The notes below the pieces were generated by a model. The model made no database searches. It saw only the letters and a list, made by a program, of their open reading frames with translations, and had not been told where the DNA came from. A DNA stretch of 34,599 nucleotides from positions 1 through 34,599 of the IMG/VR virus record IMGVR_UViG_3300007988_000044, one strand, 5' to 3'. Positions 26,879-34,599 of this stretch are shown here, piece after piece. The stretch comes from a virus. Taxonomy: Duplodnaviria; Caudoviricetes. A program made the position numbers and the translations under genes. Positions within the stretch are counted from its first letter, which is position 1, and every line of letters begins with the position of its first letter.

Positions 26879-26884
26879 TATTTC

Positions 26885-27373
26885 ATGAAAATTAATTCTA
26901 GAAAAATCCTTGCCAGGAACCTTGACGCACTAATGCGAGAACACCAACTTAACCAAGTTGAACTTTCGAAAAGGAGTCAAAAGTACGGCACAGGTATTAA
27001 TCAAAAGACGATTAGCAACTATCTGGATCAAAGTGATGATTCGGTGGCTAACCCCTGTCTTAATAAAATAGAAATTTTGGCGCAATGTTTTAAAATTGAG
27101 CCATCGAGATTGCTTAGCCCCAATTTAGAAGAGCAAAAAACACAAATTAGTGTGAATGAAGAGCTGCTTGTTAAATCAATGAGTGATGCAGTGGCGTTAC
27201 TATTTGAGGCGGGTATTTTTTCGGCTGAAAACGCCCAATATATCTTGGGCTTTTCAGATGATATTGCGAAAGCAACGGCGATTATTTACAACGGTAAAGC
27301 GCAAGATCCGAATAAAATTGTATTTGATTTTATGGCTTATCTTAACGCGCGAAAGGCTTCAAATGCTCTTTAG
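26885..27373 (+). CDS. XRE-family immunity repressor lacking an S24 peptidase domain
   Basis: LARNL..LM....LNQVELS...INQKTISNY...NP.L.KIEILA..F; start at ATG 26885. Confidence 0.8.
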   Translation: MKINSRKILARNLDALMREHQLNQVELSKRSQKYGTGINQKTISNYLDQSDDSVANPCLNKIEILAQCFKIEPSRLLSPNLEEQKTQISVNEELLVKSMSDAVALLFEAGIFSAENAQYILGFSDDIAKATAIIYNGKAQDPNKIVFDFMAYLNARKASNAL

Positions 27374-27674
27374 TTTTATCCATTCTCTTAGCATCAACTC
27401 TCTGCCAACTATCTAATCTCTTCTGCCACAATATAAGCTTTACAATCCTATCGCCGGGCGGTAAAGCTTGTATTTCTGCATATTCACGCAATAAAGAACA
27501 TGCCTGATAATCAAGCGATGCCCGAGTGTTCAGCATCACAATGTTATCTGTATCATTATCTATCTGATCAATCTGTAAAACTAAGTTATTATCATGCACG
27601 AAGTTGCGGCAGGCGGCTATGGCCAAACAAACAGATGTAACCAATACAGCTAATGAAATATATAATATGAGCAT
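27342..27674 (-). CDS. membrane-anchored protein (110 aa)
   Basis: N-terminal TM; last gene of the peptide operon. Confidence 0.6.
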   Translation of the reverse strand: MLILYISLAVLVTSVCLAIAACRNFVHDNNLVLQIDQIDNDTDNIVMLNTRASLDYQACSLLREYAEIQALPPGDRIVKLILWQKRLDSWQRVDAKRMDKTKEHLKPFAR

Positions 27675-28143
27675 TTAAAAGTCCCTTTAATCGACCAACT
27701 GATTTTAGTAAAAAAACACCAACTATTGGGCTGACCATAACCCAACAATACAACAGGTAACTTAATAAAACTAATGGCTTATAATATGCCTGTAACACAT
27801 TATCGCCATGATAACGATCAACATACCGCACCACATTGGTGAACACGAACAGTAAACTGGCGATTGACGCTGTAACTAGATGTAAATTCACGCGATAACG
27901 TAATATTTTAAACCCACCAAATAAACAGCCATACATCGTTACCTCGATGCCTGACCAAATGATGTACCACCATGGGCCAGTCTGACGAACCACCTCAATA
28001 ATGAGATAGTTAAACACCGCAAAAGCCGCAATGATGAGCGATAAGAATCTATGCTCACCAATGCGCCAATTACAGGCCATGGCTATCATGCAAACGCACA
28101 TAAACCAATTTGCAATGATAAAACCCTTGACCTCAAGCAGCAT
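27592..28143 (-). CDS. multi-pass membrane protein (~5 TM)
   Basis: Repeated hydrophobic segments, RYVDRY motif; TAATG-coupled to the peptide ORF. Confidence 0.75.
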   Translation of the reverse strand: MLLEVKGFIIANWFMCVCMIAMACNWRIGEHRFLSLIIAAFAVFNYLIIEVVRQTGPWWYIIWSGIEVTMYGCLFGGFKILRYRVNLHLVTASIASLLFVFTNVVRYVDRYHGDNVLQAYYKPLVLLSYLLYCWVMVSPIVGVFLLKSVGRLKGLLNAHIIYFISCIGYICLFGHSRLPQLRA

Positions 28144-28250
28144 TATTTTTCCTCTTCAGGAATATTTTGCTGCTGTTGCTCTTCTGGCTCATCACCGCCG
28201 CCGCCAGGCATATAACAACCACGTTTAACATCATTTAAAAAATCACGCAT
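28143..28250 (-). CDS. 35-aa peptide with PGGGGDEPE motif (not in ORF track)
   Basis: MRDFLNDVKRGCYMPGGGGDEPEEQQQQNIPEEEK; SD AGGGG; stop overlaps the next ATG. Confidence 0.75.
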   Translation of the reverse strand: MRDFLNDVKRGCYMPGGGGDEPEEQQQQNIPEEEK

Positions 28251-28266
28251 AAAAACCCCTTTAATA

Positions 28267-28524
28267 CTATGCAATTACACTTATTTTAGTGGCAGAACCA
28301 CCGACTTTAACGATACCGCTAGGCGAATAAATCTCACCAACTTCAGCACTGTTAATAGGTTGACTAGCAGTATCGCTATTCTGACTAGAACGGAGTAATA
28401 ATTCTGGCTCATCACCGCCGCCACCAGGCTTAAGCATGGGCAAAACGGGTGTTTGATTCGTGCCAGCTATATTAGAGTTTTGGCTCAAAACTGAATAACT
28501 ATTTGATAAATTGACGTTAATCAT
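28267..28524 (-). CDS. 85-aa low-complexity protein with PGGGGDEPE motif
   Basis: MINVNLSNS...LKPGGGGDEPELLL...KISVIA; start placed at ATG 28524. Confidence 0.7.
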   Translation of the reverse strand: MINVNLSNSYSVLSQNSNIAGTNQTPVLPMLKPGGGGDEPELLLRSSQNSDTASQPINSAEVGEIYSPSGIVKVGGSATKISVIA

Positions 28525-28606
28525 CTTTTTGCAACAATCCTTATCCACAAATACAACAAATGACTGAGGTGCTGAATATACAGAACCACGTTTTTTTATC
28601 AACTGC

Positions 28607-28659
28607 TAGTAATATATTTCTATTTCAGTAATCATATATTGAATAGGATCTAATTTCTA
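28607..28659. promoter_or_regulatory. two 16-bp operators
   Basis: TAGTAATATATTTCTA 28607-22 and TAGGATCTAATTTCTA 28644-59. Confidence 0.55.
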
Positions 28660-28708
28660 GCGTAGAATTGGATCGCGTTGAGATTGTTTGATGTTGCATA
28701 GATCGCGG

Positions 28709-28737
28709 TTGATCGTTGGCGTGTACTAAAGTAGATT
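28709..28737 (+). promoter_or_regulatory. putative repA promoter
   Basis: TTGATC-17-TAGATT. Confidence 0.55.
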
Positions 28738-28751
28738 GGCGGGTTAGAAAG

Positions 28752-28890
28752 CAAAAACGCCCGCAAAATGCGGGCGTTATAAACCGTAAAAACTTTGGTC
28801 TAGCAGACGATTAATGTTACCAGCACTAACCGCCTAAAGATTTAAAGCTGTGGTAGGGACAAAAACCAAACACAACATAAACCCAAATAC
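28752..28890 (-). ncRNA. putative antisense RNA to the repA leader
   Basis: Minus-strand TTGCAG-17-TAACAT (28925-28897) and terminator AACGCCCGCA-TTT-TGCGGGCGTTTTT. Confidence 0.5.
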
Positions 28891-28923
28891 AGTTTTATGT
28901 TATGTGTATTTTGTCCCTGCTGC

Positions 28924-28963
28924 AATATTAAACAATAAAAATATTTTAATATTGTGATATTAA
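28924..28963 (+). repeat. 8-bp RATATTNN array upstream of repA
   Basis: 28940-28961 matches 17979-18000 at 21 of 22 positions. Confidence 0.7.
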
Positions 28964-28973
28964 GGGATTTACA

Positions 28974-31900
28974 ATGGACAACCGTTTGAGCATAAAACAG
29001 TTTTTTGATAAAGAATATTCATCAAGCGCAGAAGAAATCCTCAATACTCATCTATCTGATCTCAGTTTCATTGCTAATGAGCTGGATATCGATATTTATG
29101 ACGCCATCAATGTCATCAGTGTTCCAACCTCAATCGGTACTGAAGATAAATACAGTGATAAAGAAGGCGCCAGATTTGTTAAAAACAAAGATATGCGAGG
29201 CCGCGCTGCAATTTGGGTAAGACTCAAATCGACTAAAGGCGGTATTCAATACCCATTCATAACCCTGAAAGCCAAGGGGCAAGTGCGAACCTGGTCGGGA
29301 TATGAACCATTCAAAGAAGCCTATACTCGACAAAAAGCCATAGCTGGTAATAGCCAGGCACAACAGCAAATAGATGCCGCGCAACTGGCAAAGAAAAAGG
29401 CGGCAGCCGAACGTGAAGTCGAGCGCCAAAAAAAATTAGCCGCGGCTAAAATTGAAGCCGAAACCAAAAAAGCAAAATCACTTCAGCTTTATAATGAATA
29501 TATGGCCGCCTATGCGCGGGCATCAACTTCAGATGGCACTGAACCTTACTTAGTGACTAAATCACTCACTGGGCTGGTAAAGCGTCACAGTAATATAAAA
29601 ACCCTCTTTGAATACTATGACCGCACACTAGACGAGTGGCGGCCAATACTGACCGATGAAATACCGCATAATGCGAAAAAAATTACCGTTGTACCTCTAG
29701 CCCGGCTTGGTTCACTCCCAGCCGGGCTTCAGCGTTTATCAGCAGAGGGTAAATATCAAACTCAGGCAGTTAACGAGGGTGATTACTCAGAAGCATTTGC
29801 ACTAATTGGCCCACCCCTTAACAACGGTAAGCCAATCGATATTTGTGAAGGGTTCGCCACCACTCTATCAACTCAAGCGGTGACAGGTAATTCAACACTG
29901 TTTGGCGTTTCTGCTGACAACGTTAAAAAATTGGTACCGATTATCCTGGCAGCATATCCAGAATCGAAAGTTAGACTGATCTCCGATAATGACCATGCTA
30001 AAGCGAAAAAAGGATCAGGTAATAAGGGTATGTTAATCGGCATGGAAGTATTGCAACTCCATGGCCATAAACCTAACTTAAGTGTATTTATCCCCAAAGT
30101 TAAAGACTTGCCAAAGCCCGGAACAGATACCAACGATATTCATGTTTTTCATCCGTTAGGGTTAACAGAACTAGGGCGCCAGTTAAGAGCCAAAGAGCAA
30201 AATTATAAAGTATCTAGTTTTGATGACAGGTTTCAACTAGCGCTGGCTCGATTTACCTGCTTGCCACATGCACAGCAAATTAAAGAGCACAATCTCAAGC
30301 CTGTTATTTTATCTGGACTAGCGTTAACCCCGTCAAAATATGCAGTTGATGATATTATCAACAGCATCATCGGAGCTGCTCGCAAAGCGGGCCACAATAT
30401 CAATATCAAGCTGGTTAAAGCGATGGTATTCAAAAACCTAAAAGGTGCGGTTTGGTCAGCACAAAAAAGCCGGGCTTTCAGTCGTAAAAAACTACTTGGC
30501 CCAAACATCATTTATCGCCACTTCAATACATCAAAGATCACCCCTGAAATTTTTGATTACATCAATAATATTCAAAATGGCCAGATCATTATCAGGGCAC
30601 CAATGGGATCAGGTAAAACCCAAGGGCTGATAAAACCACTCATGGATCAACCTGGCCGCGCAATTTATCTGGCACATCGAGTCAGCCTGATTACAGGGGC
30701 CACTTCAGCGCTAAATAAGCGCGTTGATAAGTTTGGCAACACTACCTGGCTAGATGAATCATTATCGGTAAAACATTACCGCAATGATCTGACGGCTGAG
30801 TCGGCGCCATTTATACAAAAACTGGCCTGTTGTATAAACAGTATCGTGAACCCGATCCCCGATGCGGTTTGTCAAAACCTAGACCAATTGTTTTTAGACG
30901 AAGCGGCCCAAATGCTGAACTCTATTACGATTGATGGGGCGATGTTTGCACCACAATTAGTATTTAAAAAGTTAGTAAACCTTATGGTTAATACCAGAAG
31001 AGTTATTTTATGTGATGCCGATGCCAATGATAATTTGATTAATCTATGTGAACTGGCGGCAAAGCAGCGTGAAGATCAGACAATCCACATCATAGAGTTA
31101 AAGACTGACTGCCAGAATATCGAGTTAAACCATACTGACCATGCCACGCTGGTTTCAAACATTGAACAAGCGGCAATAAACAATCAGCGTATTGTGATTG
31201 CAACCGATAATTGTGCTGAAGCCGATGCAATGCATCAAATGCTGATTGAGGCCACGAACGGCGGCAATGGGATGATCATTACTGGCCAAAACTCAGGTGA
31301 TACTAAACAACAGCAGTTTTTAGAAAACCTGAATAACTATGTCGACAAAAATGGTAATACTGTCGAACATAAAAGCCAGGGCAAACCTTGGCTTGAGCAC
31401 GAAGGTTATCAATGGCTAATTTATAGCCCAGCGATCACATCCGGCGTTTCAATCGAAGTCGATTATTTTGATTCTCACTTTGGCCGTTTTTCTGGTATTT
31501 CAATTTCGCCGAGTGAAGCCATTCAAATGCTACGCCGGGACAGAACAGCCAAAAAATTCACCGTGGGCCTAAAACCTTCTCAAAACAATGCAGAAACCGA
31601 CCCTAATCGTATTATCAGCGCATTTTATAAAGCTGAATCAGAAAAAAATAGCATTCAATATGAAATCAATGATGATTTTCAGACCATTGTAAAAACAGCA
31701 GATCCCGACTTTGACCGAATGAGAGCATTAGCCCTGGCAAATATCGCCAGTGCAAAGGCAAACTTTGCTAATAATATCCTATGGGCCATGTATTCAGATG
31801 GCTATAACGTGCGCGCAGCAGAGGCAAACGATTTAGATAAAGAGCATGGTAAGTCTTTGATTGAATCGAGCCGTGAACTGGCGAGAGAATCATTAATCAA

Positions 31901-32870
31901 CTTGGTCCTAGGTGTCAGTTCTCCATCCGATGAACGCCTATCAAGCCTGAACAGCAAAAAAATGATTTATGGCTTAACGGCAAGTGAACAAGCAGAAATA
32001 GTACGCCATGAAATTGAAATGAAAATGCAGGTACCTGTTACCGATGAAAGCATTCTGCTGCATAAAAATGGTTTTCTATCACAGCTAAAACGGGCTGAAC
32101 TGTTATTCATTGAACAAGATAAATTAGCTGTTTTTGACAATGAGCAAAAAATTAGCGGCAGAGCTGCCAGCCGCTTAGACCACGCCAGCAAACGCGCTAA
32201 TGCACTTAAGTCGATGTTTGATTTAATGAGCTTAGATGTTGAAACTGGAACAGGCCAAGCGAGCAGCGATCAGATTAAAGCAGTTTTTGATTATTTCACT
32301 TCAGATGATATGCGCGATATACACAACTCAGTGTTACGCATAGGCTCGCCTGTACGCGCAAATTCAATTAATCATGTAGATCCTACTAAGTGGGTTCAAG
32401 GCGCATTTGAACGCTGTGGATTGAAGCTAGAACGTTCTGAGCGTAAGAGAATTGATGGCCGTAGCATGTGGCACTTTAGAATTAACCCGGCCAGCTTTGC
32501 ATTACTGAAAGAAACCATGAAAAGACGAAAAATAGCAGAAGTCTTTGACTGGATAATTTCCCCGGTAAATACCGCACAAACTGGCACAACCAAGGCAAAA
32601 AAGGATCAAGCACAGCCCTGTAATACTCTTTTAACCCTGCGAAATGTTATGCACAAACAAGAAAGCGTTATAAAACGTACACTTAGAGGCGTTTCTGACT
32701 TCCTCAATATACCTGCTGAATACATTAAAACGCAGATTAACAGGCAAGATATTCGCGATTTCAATGCTGGTCGGACAACATTAGATGAGTTAGCCACCAT
32801 GATCCGTGGTTTATGGGATTTTGACGGCCTAACGTATCGAAAAAAATCGCTAGAACAGGTTATTTTTTAA
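28974..32870 (+). CDS. repA: N15-type replication protein RepA (TOPRIM primase + helicase/origin-binding)
   Basis: ICEGFAT, DND, GTDTND; APMGSGKT, AHRVSL, LDEAAQ, YSPAITSGVSI, QMLRRDR; 1298 aa. Confidence 0.92.
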   Translation: MDNRLSIKQFFDKEYSSSAEEILNTHLSDLSFIANELDIDIYDAINVISVPTSIGTEDKYSDKEGARFVKNKDMRGRAAIWVRLKSTKGGIQYPFITLKAKGQVRTWSGYEPFKEAYTRQKAIAGNSQAQQQIDAAQLAKKKAAAEREVERQKKLAAAKIEAETKKAKSLQLYNEYMAAYARASTSDGTEPYLVTKSLTGLVKRHSNIKTLFEYYDRTLDEWRPILTDEIPHNAKKITVVPLARLGSLPAGLQRLSAEGKYQTQAVNEGDYSEAFALIGPPLNNGKPIDICEGFATTLSTQAVTGNSTLFGVSADNVKKLVPIILAAYPESKVRLISDNDHAKAKKGSGNKGMLIGMEVLQLHGHKPNLSVFIPKVKDLPKPGTDTNDIHVFHPLGLTELGRQLRAKEQNYKVSSFDDRFQLALARFTCLPHAQQIKEHNLKPVILSGLALTPSKYAVDDIINSIIGAARKAGHNINIKLVKAMVFKNLKGAVWSAQKSRAFSRKKLLGPNIIYRHFNTSKITPEIFDYINNIQNGQIIIRAPMGSGKTQGLIKPLMDQPGRAIYLAHRVSLITGATSALNKRVDKFGNTTWLDESLSVKHYRNDLTAESAPFIQKLACCINSIVNPIPDAVCQNLDQLFLDEAAQMLNSITIDGAMFAPQLVFKKLVNLMVNTRRVILCDADANDNLINLCELAAKQREDQTIHIIELKTDCQNIELNHTDHATLVSNIEQAAINNQRIVIATDNCAEADAMHQMLIEATNGGNGMIITGQNSGDTKQQQFLENLNNYVDKNGNTVEHKSQGKPWLEHEGYQWLIYSPAITSGVSIEVDYFDSHFGRFSGISISPSEAIQMLRRDRTAKKFTVGLKPSQNNAETDPNRIISAFYKAESEKNSIQYEINDDFQTIVKTADPDFDRMRALALANIASAKANFANNILWAMYSDGYNVRAAEANDLDKEHGKSLIESSRELARESLINLVLGVSSPSDERLSSLNSKKMIYGLTASEQAEIVRHEIEMKMQVPVTDESILLHKNGFLSQLKRAELLFIEQDKLAVFDNEQKISGRAASRLDHASKRANALKSMFDLMSLDVETGTGQASSDQIKAVFDYFTSDDMRDIHNSVLRIGSPVRANSINHVDPTKWVQGAFERCGLKLERSERKRIDGRSMWHFRINPASFALLKETMKRRKIAEVFDWIISPVNTAQTGTTKAKKDQAQPCNTLLTLRNVMHKQESVIKRTLRGVSDFLNIPAEYIKTQINRQDIRDFNAGRTTLDELATMIRGLWDFDGLTYRKKSLEQVIF

Positions 32871-32893
32871 CCCGAAAAAAAATAATTTCCCAC

Positions 32894-32925
32894 AAAAAAA
32901 ATACCCGCCTAAATAGGCGGGTTTA
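32894..32925. terminator. terminator between convergent repA and telN
   Basis: ACCCGCCTA-AA-TAGGCGGGT with a flanking A run. Confidence 0.7.
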
Positions 32926-32951
32926 GTGCTTTCTAAAACCAATGGTTTTTT

Positions 32952-34517
32952 TTATTGGCTAAATGACTCATACCATTCATTGAGTTTTGCACCTTCGGCC
33001 CAACCGTTCGCCGTTGGTGCGCCCAATGCCTTACCATCAATCTTGATATTTTTGCGGGCATAGCTTGCGAATTTAGTAGCTATTTTCGTTGGTGTACCGT
33101 CTTTATCAAGTTTTCCTTTTTCGGCATCATCTTTTAATGAGTTCTCTAACTCGATCAATGTCACTCGATTTTCAAGTAAGTTAATAAACTCATCATGAAT
33201 GGTATGCCAGGCTTTTGCCCTGCTATTCCATCCGCTGCGATCAAAGCTTTTTAGATACTCAAGTAAAGCAGCATCAAACGGGGATAAATCACTGCCATCA
33301 TCTGTTGTTTCGGCTTCAGGCCGATGCACAAAAATAGTATCAACGGCATCACTGGCTTCAAAACCATCATAATGCTCTTGAGTGCTAAGATCCCCGCCTG
33401 TATGCCCTAATGCTTGGGCTCGATATGCTGCCTTAGTTTGATTGCTTTTTGCTGCCTCATGGTAACTAAGCTCGGCCCAAATTGCCCTGGTACTCTTAAA
33501 AGTCATATCCGGGCCAAGCACTATTTTTGCATGATGATTGAGCGTACTCGCGTATTTTGATGAGACAGCGCCATTATGCGGAATATCAAAAATATCGCCC
33601 TCAATGATAGTTTTAGTTTGTTCAACACCACTGCGGTCAATGAATGAAACCGTTTCCGCTTTAAGTCTAAGCCTTAGTTTTTTAAAGGCTTTTAATACTA
33701 AGTCTGCATCGACTAGCGAATGGATAGGGTAAGGCTTTAACTCTTCAAATAACTTGCGGTTTTTTGTCTTTAGTTGACCTGAAAACAATAATGTTGATTG
33801 GTCTATTTTTTTGAAATTTCCGGTGCGAAAAATCTCTGTTAATCGGCGCCCGGTAGCAAGTGCCAGGGCAAACCCAAGCTCACCTATCGTTGGTGTCTTA
33901 TTATTAAACGTGTCGCTAATAATGCGTTTTATCCAATGTGGGTTAATCTCCACTTTATTGTTATGTGTCTTTTCAAGCCTTTTCGATTGTTGCTCTTCTT
34001 TCTTCTCTGAAACGATACTTGGTACGATCAAGTTATAGTACAAGGCAAAGTGAATCTTTAGTGAATTAAGGGCCATGCCAAACTCACTTTTTTTATCAAC
34101 CTGGCTTTTAATTTTTATCAAGTTTTCATGCAAATCAATACTAGGTAAATCTGGGTTTAGAAGTTCGGCTAAATCACTCCTAATGTCTGAAAAATCATAG
34201 ATTATCTTATCAACTGATTTTTTCAACAGGTGATGTTTAATCCCTTTATGAATAATCGTTTGTCGGTAAATACTGAGGGTATTTGCAAGCGTAGCATAAG
34301 AGCATTTTGGTACCCCTTCAAGCTCACCCGTTCTAGGGTTCACATACCATCCAAGGCGCCGCAATTCATCACGAACCACCCTGGCGCACATCGTTGTTAT
34401 ATAACTCGATTGCTTATCTTCTGGCAGGGTTAAAGCATGTTCATGGGTATTGCTAACAAAGTCGGCAATATACTTCTTTCTAGCTACTGGTTTAGTACCT
34501 TTACTCATTTTCGTCAC
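32952..34517 (-). CDS. telN: protelomerase (telomere resolvase); ATG 34508 may be the true start
   Basis: LALATGRRLTEI, FSGQLKTK, FKSTRAIWA, LGH, TQEHY catalytic pattern. Confidence 0.93.
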   Translation of the reverse strand: MTKMSKGTKPVARKKYIADFVSNTHEHALTLPEDKQSSYITTMCARVVRDELRRLGWYVNPRTGELEGVPKCSYATLANTLSIYRQTIIHKGIKHHLLKKSVDKIIYDFSDIRSDLAELLNPDLPSIDLHENLIKIKSQVDKKSEFGMALNSLKIHFALYYNLIVPSIVSEKKEEQQSKRLEKTHNNKVEINPHWIKRIISDTFNNKTPTIGELGFALALATGRRLTEIFRTGNFKKIDQSTLLFSGQLKTKNRKLFEELKPYPIHSLVDADLVLKAFKKLRLRLKAETVSFIDRSGVEQTKTIIEGDIFDIPHNGAVSSKYASTLNHHAKIVLGPDMTFKSTRAIWAELSYHEAAKSNQTKAAYRAQALGHTGGDLSTQEHYDGFEASDAVDTIFVHRPEAETTDDGSDLSPFDAALLEYLKSFDRSGWNSRAKAWHTIHDEFINLLENRVTLIELENSLKDDAEKGKLDKDGTPTKIATKFASYARKNIKIDGKALGAPTANGWAEGAKLNEWYESFSQ

Positions 34518-34530
34518 CTTTCCTTAATTT

Positions 34531-34585
34531 AACTATACACAAGTTCAATGTAGACAATAGACCATTCGCCAACTATACGCAAGTT
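34531..34585. repeat. two 15-bp AACTATACRCAAGTT sites upstream of telN
   Basis: 34531-45 and 34571-85, 40-bp spacing, imperfect palindromes. Confidence 0.75.
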
Positions 34586-34599
34586 AAACTTTTATAAAC

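Noticed and set aside
26792-26884. N-terminal extension of the repressor in the ORF track
   Set aside because: Covers the operator/promoter gap; ATG 26885 fits the HTH start
28143-28250. Lasso or other RiPP precursor assignment
   Set aside because: No recognisable maturation enzymes (cyclase, radical SAM, C39 peptidase) in the window
28541-28549. Perfect DnaA box TTATCCACA
   Set aside because: A single 9-mer is plausible by chance in 35 kb, and N15-type replication is DnaA-independent
28596-28622. sigma28-like promoter TAGA-N15-GTTGATAA for the peptide operon
   Set aside because: Three mismatches to consensus, and it overlaps an operator that already explains the sequence; too weak to call
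32871-32951. VP882-type transcription factor/small-ORF induction module between repA and telN
   Set aside because: Only 81 bp containing a terminator; no such module is present
29005-34433. Short ORFs inside repA and telN
   Set aside because: Alternative-frame or antisense shadows with no supporting signals
32952-34517. Tyrosine integrase
   Set aside because: Motif spacing and the RepA context fit a protelomerase; no host flank or att site is visible

Overview
Most of an N15-like temperate phage that is kept as a linear plasmid. It has a protelomerase (telN-type) at the right edge, a 1298-aa primase-helicase RepA, an XRE repressor/Cro/Q control region, a holin-M15 endolysin-spanin lysis cassette, and lambda-type terminase, head and tail genes on the minus strand, truncated in the tape-measure gene. 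The host is probably a gammaproteobacterium (inference). Beyond the standard phage, four things stand out. (1) A lambda-like cos lies ~5 kb from terS, next to a plus-strand accessory cluster in which six genes share a conserved ~41-nt hairpin+leader module. Four of these carry sigma70 promoters overlapped by 8-bp RATATTNN arrays, and the cluster encodes a KorC-like repressor. This resembles a plasmid leading-region regulon placed on the predicted first-ejected end. (2) A four-gene operon between the repressor and repA encodes two small proteins sharing PGGGGDEPE plus a multi-pass membrane protein, a candidate peptide-signalling system. (3) A 16-bp operator family TAGDA-N6-THCTA links the switch, late, cos-proximal and peptide promoters. 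(4) The repA leader has a probable antisense RNA. All functional calls come from motif recognition by eye; no searches were run.
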